In this document: positions 41,219 through 54,356 of the stretch, piece by piece
Layout of the letters: each line of letters opens with the position of its first letter
Position numbering within the stretch: the stretch's first letter is position 1
Assembly (NCBI RefSeq): GCF_006345805.1
Contig: NC_043007.1
Span: forward strand, 55,056,001 to 55,120,000
DNA from: Octopus sinensis
Taxonomy: Eukaryota
Direction of reading: 5' to 3'
Length of the DNA: 64,000 nucleotides
Program-made: the position numbers and the translations under genes
Notes under the pieces: model-generated
Told to the model about the DNA's origin: nothing
The model's database searches: none
What the model saw: only the letters and a program-made list of their open reading frames with translations

Positions 41219-41774
41219 AGTCTAATATAGATAACCCCTGGATTTCCTACAAAATTAAAATGTGATATCTCATCCCTTTAGTTTATAAGACTTTCTCATA
41301 ATTGCTAAGAACTACTACCAATTCCAGCTGTAACCTTGTCTCTTGTCATTACTATTGTGGCCTCCATCTGCCCTCTCCCTCTTAAGTTGACACATTCGAA
41401 CACACAGACACAGTCTTTTCACCTCCTGACCGTTAATTCTTTCTCTCTGCCTTCCACACACACATTCACGCATTCACAGACACACACATTAAGGCAATTT
41501 TTTACACTCATACATACGAGCACTCATTCATAAAATAAATCAAATATAAACACCAGTCATACAGAATACATTCCCTCACATTAATTTTCCTTTACCTTCC
41601 TTCTCCAACCTTGATTGAACCCTTGAACTATTTTAACTGACATTTTCTCCTACTTTCAACCAATCTGGCGTCACCCCCTATAAATAGACATTATTTATCA
41701 TTATCTCTATGGGCTCCTCGTGAGCAGTCATCGAAAAACTTGTTGTGCATTTTGTTGGATAATTAAGTTCCTGG

Positions 41775-41860
41775 ATTTTCCCGAAGAGAAAGCTGCATAA
41801 TGGACTCCTTATTCATTCGGAATTAGGGATTTTGCAGACTTCGAAACATATGTCGAAAAT
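41775..41860 (+). ncRNA. Hammerhead, U4C variant, long stem II
   Basis: ATTTTC-CCGAAGA...GAAA-CATATG-TC-GAAAAT. Confidence 0.75.
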
Positions 41861-42372
41861 AAAATAAAGGAATTTTGTTAAATCTTCGTTCAGCTCCATT
41901 CTTTCCTATACTTAATATATTAAATTAAACTTCAAATTTCCGCACTAAGGCACGGAGTTTATGCCCTATGGTCGTAACTTCAACCGTGCTTTTTCTGTTG
42001 TGAGTTTGCTACCCAGGTATCGGTTATCTTTCGAATTATCCGTAATAAGATAATTCATTTGTCTACTTAAATAATTATATATATATATAAGTGTGTGTAT
42101 GTATACACACATATAGATATATATGTGAGTGTTTGTATATATGTTTCTCTGTAATCATGTAGCGAGTCACAGGAATTTGGCAATTTATAATTTTGAGACG
42201 TCAGTCCATAAAGATGACTTAACTATGGATGTTGGACACAATATCCTTCATGATATACATCAATACACACATGTGTATATATGCATGTATATATATAATT
42301 TCTAAAGAGATAAGTTAAAGGATCATTATAACCATAATCATATAGTAAAGGGCTGTGCCTATTGAAACCTAC

Positions 42373-42420
42373 CCTGTTCAGGTCTGTCTACATCCATTAC
42401 TGAGCAGGAGCGAACTGTAG
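42373..42420 (-). CDS. Candidate host gene exon 3, 48-nt microexon (A-TVRSCSVMDVDRPEQ)
   Basis: Acceptor aatatatttgcag, donor GTAGGT; phase 1-1; open. Confidence 0.55.
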
Positions 42421-42515
42421 CTGCAAATATATTTCAAAATGTTAAATTACACGAATTTGTGTGTGCCCGCGTGTGACAGGGGGAGAGAGAAAGAAAGAGA
42501 GAGAGATAGAAGGAA

Positions 42516-42583
<68 letters not shown>

Positions 42584-42832
42584 CCAAGGAGCATACGTGT
42601 ATACATATTTGTCTGTGTTGTGTTGTGTGTGGGTTCACTTACGCGGTTTGGATTTCTCAGTGACATATAGCTACATCATAATCACCTAGAATAATTGGAG
42701 AAAGAATAGAACATACCACCAGGTCATACGTGTTTACAATTGAAGCATACCTTTATTGATGTATGTATGTTATAGAAGATTAAAAGATAAGGGAACAAGT
42801 CTACATTAGAAATGACGTTTATTATTCCTCAC

Positions 42833-42880
42833 CGTCAAGAAGGATGAGGTCAGGAATTGGCGATTTCTTGGGAGAAGTAT
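42833..42880 (-). CDS. Candidate host gene exon 2, 48-nt microexon (D-TSPKKSPIPDLILLD)
   Basis: Acceptor ttatttctgtcttcttttcgattccag, donor GTGAGG; phase 1-1; open. Confidence 0.6.
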
Positions 42881-43016
42881 CTGGAATCGAAAAGAAGACA
42901 GAAATAACATCAATCCTTCGTCTACGCATGCATACTTATATACTTGTATATATTCATTCATACATACACACACACACACACACACAAACTTTTATTCATA
43001 CATGCATTCATACATA

Positions 43017-43170
43017 CTAGCTGGACCGGTGAAAAATTCCCGGAAAATATAGGAAAAACGTAAATTGTGTAAATTGTGTGCTGGTGCCATGAGAAATGTT
43101 TCTATATTGCGACAGTTACAGAATATAGAAAGAAGTGTAAAACCGGTAAATTTAATGAAAAATATCTCGG
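43017..43170 (-). mobile_element. Possible Helitron 3' end
   Basis: Minus strand CCGG-GAATTTTTCA-CCGG then TCCAGCTAG. Confidence 0.4.
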
Positions 43171-44589
43171 TTACGCAAACGTAACTGGACTTGTAAACCT
43201 AGTGCTTATTCTATCAGTCTCTTCTACCGAACAGCTAAGTCCCTTCTGCTGAACGCAAACACACCACCATCGGTTGTCAAGCAATGGTGGTGGGGGGACA
43301 AACAAACACAAACACACACGGCCACGAATGATCTGTCCTGGTTTTTCCTGTTTGTCTTTCTGTCCGTATGTTTTTATCATCGTCCGTTACGTTCATATTC
43401 CGTTTTTTAAAAAAATCTATATATACATATAGCGGTGTACGTAAACCTTTGCTCACTTTGTAAGTAAGTATGTATCTAAATTCTGTACGACTTTTTTCTC
43501 CTTATTTTAGTCACCTTTATACTTTCTCCTTTCTTTCCTCCTTTCTTTTTCTTGCTTCTCTTCTCTCACATTTCTTGGCATTCTCTTTCTTTAATCTCTC
43601 TGCTTTCCTTCGTTATCTCCCTTGCACCTTTCCCTCTGTCCTTTCATCTCTCCCTCCCCCCTCGCTTTCTTTATTTCCTTCCCTAATTCTTCAATTCCTC
43701 TGCCCCCTACCTCTCTCTGTTCCTTCCACGTGACCGGTGGTCGGCCAAGCATGATCTTTCCTTCTCTGTCTGACCGCCACCCGTACAACACTTTATTTTC
43801 CTGTCTCCTGACTTTTATCTATATTTGTGCCTCAAGGCTTTCACTCCACACACCAGCTCAATTTAACTTGTTCTTATTAGTCGAAAGACACATGTTGCTA
43901 TTCTCTTGTTTGCATTTGTAATCGTGTAACGTTTTCTCCGTTTTCTCGTTTTCTTTTTTGTCTGTGTTGTCGTACTCCTTCGCTTGCTTTCTTCCAAAAC
44001 TTTAATGCCCTTAGCTTAGATTTTGTGGGGCCTACCAATTTTGAACAGTTTCAAGTGCAACAAGCCGAAATTGTAATGATAATTGGAAGCTTAACTGATG
44101 AAATGAGGGCCACGAATGATCAAGTCCTGGTGATTCCTGTCTGTCTTTGTATCGTCTATCTGTCCGTATGATTTTAATGTCGTCTGTTACGTTCTTATTC
44201 CGTGTTTTGGATTTATATATATATATATATATATATATGACGGGCTTCTGTCAGTTTCTGTCTTCCAAATTCACTCTTGAGGTTTGGTTGGCTTGAAGCT
44301 ATAGTAGAAGACACTCTTTAAAGTATGAAGTTGAATTGCGTGTAGCCACATGCTGGCAACTTTTCTCTCCCACCCATTTTTTAGGGGGTATTGTCCATTT
44401 TTCTGGGCTCTTTTCACAGCTATACCCCGTTCGAAATTTGCATTGTTTGTAGTTTGTAGAGAAAACGTTAAAAGTGCCTGAAAAAAAACATGGTCTTTCC
44501 CGCCAACTAAAAGACATGAAAAGCTATGAAAGAAGGCGAATAAGTACCTGGGGTGGCGGCAAAGAAGAACGAACTAAAGGTCGATCGTT

Positions 44590-47500
44590 CTAGAACTCCC
44601 AGAATGAAAACGTTAACACCTGAAAGAAGGGAGCACACATGTCTTGTACACCTTTATCATTGTCTTTCTGCATATGTCTCGCCGACTCCAGAGGCGCTTT
44701 TCTAGCCTTCCGAAAGCAACACTTGCTTTCCTAATTCTATATGGAATTTCATCATCCTAATTGCTATATGTATTAATAGTGCTTCCCAGGTAGACAAACT
44801 GATCAACTACATCAAATCGTTTACCATACACATAAGATATTTGGTACACTATTCTGCTTACCAGTTTTCTTGAGATTGACTGTCAATCCTAAGGCAGTGC
44901 AAGCATCAGGGAATGCATTCAAAATGTGTTGCATATCAATCTCTGTGTGTGCTACTAGCTCACAATCATCTGCATACAAAAGGTCTCTTATGATAGAGGT
45001 AAATACCTTTGTTTTTGCAGCAAAGCGCCTGATATTAAATATGCTACCAGAGGGTCGATAATGGATGTAAACACCGTATCTGCAGTTTCTGAATACAATA
45101 CAGAACACCATCGCAAAATATATGGCAAATAGGGTCGGTGCCAGAATATCTCCCTGTTTCACCCCATTTTGTATTGAAATGGTCTCCGACATTTTCCCTC
45201 TAACATTCACCCTACTCTTCATGTCTTCATGAAAAGACCTAACCAAAGCAAGGAACTTTTCAGGACACCCAAGTTTCTGGAGGACTTTCCACAATGCTTT
45301 TCTATTGACGGTATCAAAGGCTTTTGTCAGATCGACAAAAACCTGATACAAATCCAGACCCTGTTCCACACACTTCTCCTGAAGCTGTCTAGCTGAAAAG
45401 ATCATATCAGCAGTGCCATGTCCCACACGAAAGCCAGATTGACTTTCTGGAAAAACACAATCTGCAACGTATTTCAGCAGACGATCTAGAAGTACCCTGC
45501 ATAAAACCTTTCCTACGACAGACAGCAATGATACTCCCCTGTAATTACCACAATCATTCCTGTTGCCCTTTCCCTTGTACAAGACCACCATTACTGTATC
45601 TCTCCAGTCCTCAGGTACAGATTCACTAGTCCATATCTTACCAAACAAAGAGTGAAGTTTCTGCAGAAGTTTCTCACCACCATGCTGTAACAACTCCGCA
45701 TGTATGCCATCCATACCCGGAGACTTCCCATTATTCAACCTTGAGACAGCTATTGCAATTTCTTCCAACTTTGGTGGTTCCGCGAGTGCTGCCTTCACAG
45801 GTAATCCAGGGATGAGATTGAGAACATCTTTACTAACTAAAGTTCATCAAAGTGTTCTTGCCACCTTCGCAGAATTCCTTGTAAATCACGAAGTTCTTTA
45901 ACATCCCTGCTTTGAAGTGGTGTCATCAGGGAAGACGTCGGTCCATAAATTTCTCGCAAGAGACCATATTGGAATCTGATGCCGCCTGTATCTCATCAGC
46001 CTTCTTTCTCCACCACGTATCCCTCATCTGAGAGAGCCTTTACCTCACACGTGATTTTACGTCCTTGAGTTCCCTATGCAACACTCCCCTTTCCTGTGGC
46101 TTTGCTGATAAATAGCGTAACAAAGTACGTCTTTTATAAGCTAAAAAACATTTATATGTTCATCATTTTCTTTAAACCAATGTTGGTGCTTTCTTTGTAC
46201 CAATCCCAGAACTTTCTTGCCTATATCATAAACTGACTTTTTAAGGGTCGGCCAATCCTCCCCAATATCTGCAGCATTCATTTCCTCTCATAAAGTTCTC
46301 TTAACACTATTACACCTAAACGATCAACATTCAGTCCCTTAGGCAGGGTAATCCCTGCAGCTCGGATTTTATGTTTTGTGACTAATTTCACTTTTGCACG
46401 TACTAGGTGGTGTCAGTCCAACACTCAGCTCCACGAAGAACACGAACACACTGCACATCCTGTCTGTCACGCACCATAACAAGGATGTAATTCAGAATAT
46501 ACCATTCTTTAGATGCAGGGTGCATCCATGTAGTCTTAAACTTATTCTTTTGTTGAAACATGGTATTGGTAACACACAGACGCAGCTCTTCACACATCTG
46601 CAGCAAAAGCATACCATTACTATTACACTTCCCCACCCCATGCTTTCCAATTACAGTCCATGTGTTAAAATCCCTACCCACTCTAGCATTAAAGTCACCC
46701 AGTAGAATGACTTTGCCCGAGGGATATTTCTTATAATGCCCTTCAAAGCATGGTAGAAAGAATTTTTTTCGTCATCGTCATAGCACATAGTTGGAGCATA
46801 CACAATCACCAAGGTCACATAATTTCCTTTAACCAAAGGAATTCTCATGGACATAAGACGCTCGTTAATTCCGACTGGGAATTCTTCCAACTTGTCCACA
46901 AGAGTAGTCTTAACAGCAAATGCCACTCCAGCTTCTCCTTTGAACCCTTCATTCCTCCCTTTCCAAAAGAATGTATATCTTCCACAAGATTCTGTAAGAT
47001 GACCATCTCCAGGTAATCTCGTCTCAGATAAAGCAACGATGTCAAGATTATAGCGTTGGAGCTCCTTCGCAACAAACGCAGTCCTTCTTTCTTTGGTTCT
47101 ATCACAGTAGCGTGATGACGGCCGGGTTCACACTGTGATGCTCTGGAGCCCCTGCCGGGCCAGACTCTTTCAACTGATGTGGTTCCAGAGTCCTTACTGT
47201 CATTTATTTTTATACTGTTTTAGTACATCATTGATGTTTTGTTTTTTAAGGCAACAGCCAGCCATTCAGTTGAGACACAGCGCCATCAACAATCATAAAT
47301 TAGTTAATCAATTTAATCAATCAATCAATGTTGTTATCGTGCAATGCCTGTGCAAGATTTTTTTTAAAGTGAGGAAAGGCTGTGCACTGAGTCAATTCCA
47401 CTCACTAAGCAACAGCAGCCATAATCCGAAAGGAAGAACAAGTCAACAACATCGATAACCACTGAGCCGCAGGTTTTATGTCGGAGTTATCCCAGTTACC

Positions 47501-47800
47501 TGAGTTACCTTCTCCTAGAAGGATACCCTAACAAAGGCTAGGAGTCCTTCACTCCCAATGGTTTAATCGCGCAATCGGGTATTCAGTCCGATTATTTCTA
47601 TGATACAGCCTTAAGACATTTATTGGATGGCCGCTGACTCTCAAGAGTTCCTCCGCTCTTTGACGGGTTTTATTTTTCATCCCGCAGGGTGTCCAATAAA
47701 CACCCTCCTCACCAAGCAAGCTTGGTGGGGTTGCCGGTTTAGTCGCCGACGACCCGAGCATGCAACAGGTTGTATTGAGTTACATGTTACCAGTAGCACT
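44590..47800 (-). mobile_element. RTE-clade LINE, degenerate, with 5' leader
   Basis: APE pieces 46403-47105; RT 44821-45798 (GNYRGVSLL, QSGFR, FVDLTKAFD, QGDILAP, YADD); RKASVAFGRL at about 44720. Confidence 0.9.
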
Positions 47801-48162
47801 CAAAAGTGACCTGACATACGACATACATACATACATACATACATACATACATACATACATACATACATACATACATACATACATACATACATACATACAT
47901 AAACTTATGGAGGCGAAGGTGCCGATCATTTGTTGGACCATCATTTTATCTAAATAGTATAAATGAGTATTGGGTGATTTGCTGGTGATTTTTGCTTCTA
48001 CGTCTTCTTTGTCTCGCTAAAACAGTTTGGGCGTATACATGCTTATTGTACCATAAAGTATCTAACTCCAACTCCATTATTTAACAAATACACGTTTACA
48101 TTCACCCCCACCCCCTACACGCACAGATATTTAGACGCTTTTATGTTTGTGTGCGAACACAA

Positions 48163-48214
<52 letters not shown>

Positions 48215-48222
48215 AGAGAGAG

Positions 48223-48292
<70 letters not shown>

Positions 48293-48353
48293 AAGTTATC
48301 TAAATTGTTAATACATTTCAGAAATATTACTAACGGCATTCATCAAAACTCAC

Positions 48354-48468
48354 CCATGTCCTCTGGCGTGACTGTCGATGACGAATCTGCTACCGTTGAA
48401 CTAAGTTCTACGGCATCTATAGAAGTGTCATCATCAAATGTTTTCGGGCGGCAAATACACGGATTCAT
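48354..48468 (-). CDS. Candidate host gene first coding exon (MNPCICRPKTFDDDTSIDAVELSSTVADSSSTVTPEDM)
   Basis: Unique, relatively GC-rich island; ATG with an in-frame TAA 6 nt upstream; donor G/GTGAGT, phase 1. Confidence 0.5.
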
Positions 48469-49257
48469 ACGTTATAGAATTCTTTGGATCCTTGCGCCAA
48501 ACTGGGCGGGGAAACCTGAACAGTCGATACGTTCGGACATTTAGGAAAAAATTAGATAAAACCAAAGATTAGTAAATATGTTAACGCAAACAATGTATTT
48601 AATAACAAATTACAAGAAGTTACCTTCTAAACAGTAGCAAATATCGCAAGTGAATAGTTTCACAAGCTGGTAGCATAAATTTCAATTTGCAATTATAACA
48701 TCATAATTTTATGAAACAGTCTCGGTTAACGTTTTAACTTTAAATATCGTTTTATCATCTGCCTAACAAAGTGCACTTGTAATAGCCAAAATCACATGTA
48801 ATAGTCAAAATGGCATTTTGTAGTTTTATTTTTGTATTATTTTTTCTCTACATCCATAATTCCTCTCTTCTCCCGAGATAAGCACAAAACACAAAGCTTG
48901 ACAGATGCACAATGTAAGAGAGCACCTCTGATGCAAGCCTGACGAAATGCCACTCTAATCTCTATAGCCACAAATATTTCGTACCTTTTCACACGGAACT
49001 TTTGTGTATATTGATGTTAAAAGAGAATTGATAATACATATATAAATACATAATACATACATACACAGATTCTCACACAACACACACACAAGTATATACA
49101 TATGTTTGCATGTGTGTATATGCATGTATGTATAGCTTATATTGTTATATAAGTTATATTGTTATATAATTATATGTATAATATATAATATATAATATAT
49201 ATACATATATACATATATGTATACACACACACACATATATATATATATACATATATG

Positions 49258-49366
<109 letters not shown>

Positions 49367-49760
49367 AAAAAATGAAGTTCGAAAATGCTGCTATATTATA
49401 CAATTTTTAATTTTTATATATACATTATAACATGTTTCAGTTCCTGAAATGAACCTTATCAAAAAAAGTTATATATAAAAAAAGACAGCTCATGCCGTCA
49501 AACACAAGAAATTCATTTACAATATACAACGGAGTCAGACATCTTAAAGTTCAAATATAGTTTGAAGTGAGTTCATTCATGCTATATGTTCAAAGTGTTC
49601 GATGCAGTGGCCCACGGTGGCGATACGTATTCAATACAAAAAAACAGATCAAAGTGGTGGAGAGCAGTCAATACAGAAGATTGTTGTTCCCGAAAGAGCG
49701 AGGAATTCATTTTTACCTTGTGCAATTGTGATGAACCATAATGGGCGTTCGCTGGGTGAT

Positions 49761-49833
<73 letters not shown>

Positions 49834-49839
<6 letters not shown>

Positions 49840-50084
49840 AAAGGGCTTAGTAAAATAAATTACTTTGCCGCATACTGAACTCATTAGAAATAGCAGCTAA
49901 AAAACTTTTTTAAAGCTATTTCTAATACTTAACGAAAATCTCTCTCAGTATGCGGCAAAGTAATTTATTTTACTAAGCCCTTTTATATAATGTAATAATT
50001 TGAATTCGCCTTGAATGGTCCCTTTGCATACTGAACACTTGGTGAAATTGATTAATAATTAATTAATTTTGCCCTCAATTGTTG

Positions 50085-50088
<4 letters not shown>
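49834..50088. mobile_element. Fragment of the 26298 family with 45-bp inverted arms (49834-49878 and 49945-49989)
   Basis: Sequence shared with 26750-26961. Confidence 0.75.
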
Positions 50089-50146
<58 letters not shown>

Positions 50147-50304
50147 GTAAAGAATCTTGCAAACCAAATCCAAAAACGAAATATATATACATATATAAAA
50201 GAAATAATTGAGATTCAGTTGAATTAGGTACTTAAGTTGAAGTCTGGTATTATCCGCACAGCTCGGAGTAAGGTGAATCAAATCAAAATTAGCAACAAGA
50301 AGTG

Positions 50305-50392
50305 ATGCAGTATGACCGTTTCAAGCGGCTCCATATAATTAAACAATGAAATCATTACATCAATTTAAATGCAATGCCATCTTCAGCTGCAC
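50305..50392 (-). ncRNA. Hammerhead motif, left arm
   Basis: GTGCAG-CTGAAGA-long stem II-GAAA-CGGTCA-TA-CTGCAT; one stem III mismatch. Confidence 0.55.
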
Positions 50393-50471
50393 AAATAAAC
50401 AAATAGAATTTTAACCAGTCGTACAAATTACATTAATGTGTCCGACTGGTTAAAATTCTATGTATTTATTT

Positions 50472-50559
50472 GTGTAGCTGAAAATGGCATTGCATTTAAA
50501 TTGATGTAATGATTGCATTGATCAATTAAATGGAGCCGCTTGAAACGGTTGTACTGCAT
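50472..50559 (+). ncRNA. Hammerhead motif, right arm (G8A)
   Basis: GTGTAG-CTGAAAA...GAAA-CGGTTG-TA-CTGCAT. Confidence 0.5.
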
Positions 50560-50645
50560 CGCTACTTGATATCCTGTTGCTTATTTTGATTATATATATA
50601 TATATATATATACTTTATTTAAAGCAGCAGAAAATTCAACAAAAT

Positions 50646-50683
50646 CTGTTACTCTGAGTTTCTCGTTGCCGTTCATCAGACAG
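50646..50683 (-). ncRNA. Minimal hammerhead motif
   Basis: CTGT-CTGATGA-ACG-GCAA-CGA-GAAA-CTCAGAG-TA-ACAG; A-A mismatch at the base of stem II. Confidence 0.65.
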
Positions 50684-51803
50684 TTTTTGCTAGAATGGAA
50701 CCGATATATCAATTCAATCTAGACTCTTACAAACGCTACACCTTTAAAAAAATGGACTTGTTTGATTGGCCCTTTAGAAATAACGGTCAATCTTCGAGCG
50801 ATAAACAAAAAGCTCAAAAATATATGTATATATATATAAAAAATTATAAAAATTATAAAATTCGAGGAAAAAACCTTACATTGAATAAAAAACATATTGA
50901 CGTTAATGAAGAAAATATAATTAATGCATAGAAATTAAAACTTATTATAAATATTACACTGCAATACATATTTATATTAAAGTGTACATATATATATATC
51001 AACATACACAGAAGGATGCGTGCAAACGCCATACATATACAGACGTATAAATATAAATCTAAAATATACACACAAATGCATGCATACATATATGCACGCA
51101 ATCTATTTCGCACGCAAGTTAAAATCATCGATGTAGCGTTTCTCATTTACTGAGTAAAGCTTAAGTAAGGGGGACGTAAAGTTGTATCAGTATCAGTTAG
51201 AGAAAAAAACGAAAGAAAACGAAAGAGAGAGAAAAAGGAACGAAGAAGGGGGAAGGAAAAAAGAAAAAGGAGGGGTGGGAAAAAAAACGAAATAAGAAAA
51301 ATTATGTAACAAGCTGCGTAACCGCGTTATTGACATATATGGAGACAAGTATACAAATACACAAGTTCGAATGGATACATACACATACAGTCGTGTATGT
51401 GTGTGCTTAAGCGCAAACATACGCTCACTTACACATACACAGATACGCATGCTTACAAATACATATCCATGGCTATACACATACTTATATCAAAATTCTA
51501 ATTTTTGACAACATTGCTTTTTAAAAAAGGTGAGTGCAATAATGAAAATATATACGAAAGACATATAAAATATAACACCCTATTTTGGATCATCTATAAA
51601 TTAAAAATCAAGGTAATCCTATACAATACAATAACATGAAATAAACAAAGCCGAAGGTTTTTCCTAATGTATATGTAGAAATATAAGACTTTGCTATACG
51701 GAATGAAATCTGCATAGCGCGAAACAAATCCATCGTCGCGTTTACATACTAGTTCAAGAGTCAAAATCAAAATTTCAAAAATCAAAAATACAAAATATAT
51801 ACT

Positions 51804-52210
51804 CTATCCATATGATATATTTATATTTGACATTTTAAATTTGGTTGCGTGTCTACATAAGTTCATTAGCTCACTTCTTTGATTCAAAGAATTATTGTCT
51901 TTGAATAAAATGTACATTTTTTCTAATAGGCAAAGCTTGCATTTAAAATTATTTCTATGTGCTCCATGCCTGTATGGTGCCGCTCTGTCCAGAATGCTCC
52001 ATGTCACGTTGAAAGGTGGGGTTTCCTTTTCTTTTAGTTCCCAGACATATTTTGCTAGGCTGGTCCTCTTCCTATTCTCTGGGTATTTAAATGAATTTTT
52101 ATGTGAATAAAATCGTGTTTTAAATGAATTTTCTGAAGCCCCTGTGTATGTCTTGTATTCCGATGAGCCTTCTACTTGCACATTGGCTCTATAAACTACT
52201 CTATATGATA
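51804..52210 (-). mobile_element. PLE GIY-YIG endonuclease fragment, open frame
   Basis: VVYRANV..TYTGASENSFKTRFYSH..TSLAKYVWELK..WSIL..CKLCLLEK..LNQRSEL..CRH. Confidence 0.9.
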
Positions 52211-52248
52211 TATATATGATAATAATAGTAATAATAATAATAATAATA

Positions 52249-52291
<43 letters not shown>

Positions 52292-52315
52292 TTAATAATA
52301 ATAATAATAATAATA

Positions 52316-54273
52316 CTCTGCGAAACTTTTTGTCTGTAAGTATGAGATCATGGAGAACCACACTAACTTTGAACAGTGACAATGAATCTCTAAATGCTGG
52401 TGATGTAAAAATTTCATGTGGCATTTTCCAGGGTGACTCTCTATCACCACTCCTCTTTTGTTTAGCCTCTCAAAATTGCTCAATGACGCGCAGTACGGAT
52501 ATAAAATGTTTGATAACAATACAAATCATCTCATTTACATGGATGATTTAAAGCTCTTTGCAAAAAATGACCAACAACTCAAGGGCTTACTAGCGATTGC
52601 TAAACAATTCAGTGATGACATCAGAATGCAATTTGGCCTCGATAAATGTGCAAAAGCTACCTTTATCAAAGGAAAAATGACAGAAACATCTAACGTTAAC
52701 CTTGACCAGCAGAATGTCATAAAAGAATTAGACCCAGCGGAGAGCTACAAGTACCTAGGGATAATTGAAGGGGACGGTATAAGGCATTCAGTGATGAAGG
52801 AAAGGATCAGGAGAGAATGTTATCGCAGAGTAAGAGCAATACTCAAGACAGAGCTGAATGCGAGAAACAGGATCGAAGCGATCAATGCTTTAGCCATACC
52901 AATCGTAACTTACAGTTTCAATATCGTTAACTAGTCAATTACTGAAATATGTAATCTTGACAGAAAAATACGAAAACTGTCGACAATGCATAGAATGCAC
53001 CACCCTAAGGCAGATACAGAACGACTTTATCTGCCAAGAAAAGAGGGAGGCCGTGGACTTTTACAAATGGCAATAACGATGAAGATTGCTACAATTGGCC
53101 TAGACACCTACCTGAAAAACTCTGAGGACTGGATGTTAAAACTTGTCTCAAAACATGAAAACAAGAAAGCATCATACTCAGTAACAAAACAGGCAAAGGA
53201 ATATCTGAGTGAATTCCGAATACAACAAATTTCGGAATTAGACATACAAGAAACAAGCACAGAAAAAGCTAAAACCCGTGCTAAAACTGGGCCTTAGATA
53301 TTTTGAATGATAAATGGCAAGAAAAACCTCTCTATGGCAAATACCCAAAGAGAGCGAATAATGCAGATGTTGACAAAGCCCTGACCCATCAATGGCTAAT
53401 GGCCTCTGGCTTAAAATCTGAAACAGAAGGGTTTATCATAGCAGCTCAAGATCAATGCCTACCAACAAAAAACTACCAGGCCAACATATTAAAGAACGGC
53501 ATTAGCCCAACATGTCGTGTATGTCAACAACAAATTGAAACCATTGATCATGTTGTTTCCAAGTGCAGTCTTCTAGCGCCTACAGAGTATATCTACAGGC
53601 ATGATAGAGCTGCACAGTATATTCACTGGGTAATCTGCAAAAACCTGGATTTGCCCCATGAAAAAAAAGACTGGTGGAAACACAAACCACCTCCATTGCT
53701 TGAAAATGAATACATCTCACTCCTCTGGAACTTCACCATTCAAACTGACAGAAAGATAGATGCAACTAGGCCAGACATCATATTGAAAGACTTCAGACAA
53801 AGAACATGCCTCCTTATTGATATGACTGTCCCAATCGATATAAACGTATCTGTCAAGACCTACCAAAAACTGAGCAAATATAAAGATCTTGAAATAGAAA
53901 TCAGCAAAATGTGGAACCTGAAGACTAAAACAATACCTGTTGTCATAGGTGCCCTGGGAATGATAGCAAAAGGGGCTGATTGTTACCTAACTCAGATACC
54001 AGGAAACCCCAAAATGGCAGAAATTCAAAAGATAGTGCTCATGGGAACTGCTCATATCCTACGCAAAATACTTTCTATGTAATCTCATGGTTTAAAACAA
54101 ACATAATTTGCGTTTTGTTTTTTAGACATTCACTAGTACAACCCCCCCAAACCCCCCAAATATATGGCACACTAGGAATAACAACAACATGAACTTCCAA
54201 CCTATTGTCTCCTGAGGTCTCTGGGTGAGACTTGGAGCCAACTTGTACAAATATAAAGCAAAAGTCAAACATA

Positions 54274-54274
<1 letters not shown>
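52316..54274 (+). mobile_element. 5'-truncated R4/Dong-clade LINE in (AAT)n
   Basis: GIFQGDSLSP, YMDDLKL, CRVCQQQIETIDHVVSKC, RPDII..LIDMTVP; (AAT)n on both sides. Confidence 0.9.

Positions 54275-54352
<78 letters not shown>

Positions 54353-54356
<4 letters not shown>

Larger units (their letters stand above)
40357..42070 (+). mobile_element. Penelope-like element with an inverted 5' piece (40357-40520), GIY-YIG and pseudo-LTR
   Basis: 40450-40518 inverts 40911-40980; 40357-40449 inverts 41767-41859. Confidence 0.85.
50281..50591. repeat. Fold-back of about 145-bp arms with a 21-nt loop
   Basis: 50281-50421 versus 50443-50591; single-copy paralog at 60942-61175. Confidence 0.9.

Noticed and set aside
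44548-44619. Phase 1-1 open 72-nt exon-like segment on the minus strand
   Set aside because: Its acceptor lies in decayed RTE coding sequence (VLPS..G) and the donor is weak; chance or cryptic
48305-48544. 79-aa plus-strand ORF
   Set aside because: Probably the antisense shadow of the minus-strand exon, which has a consensus donor and compatible downstream exons
48925-48955. CTGATGC/CTGACGAAA motifs
   Set aside because: No consistent stems
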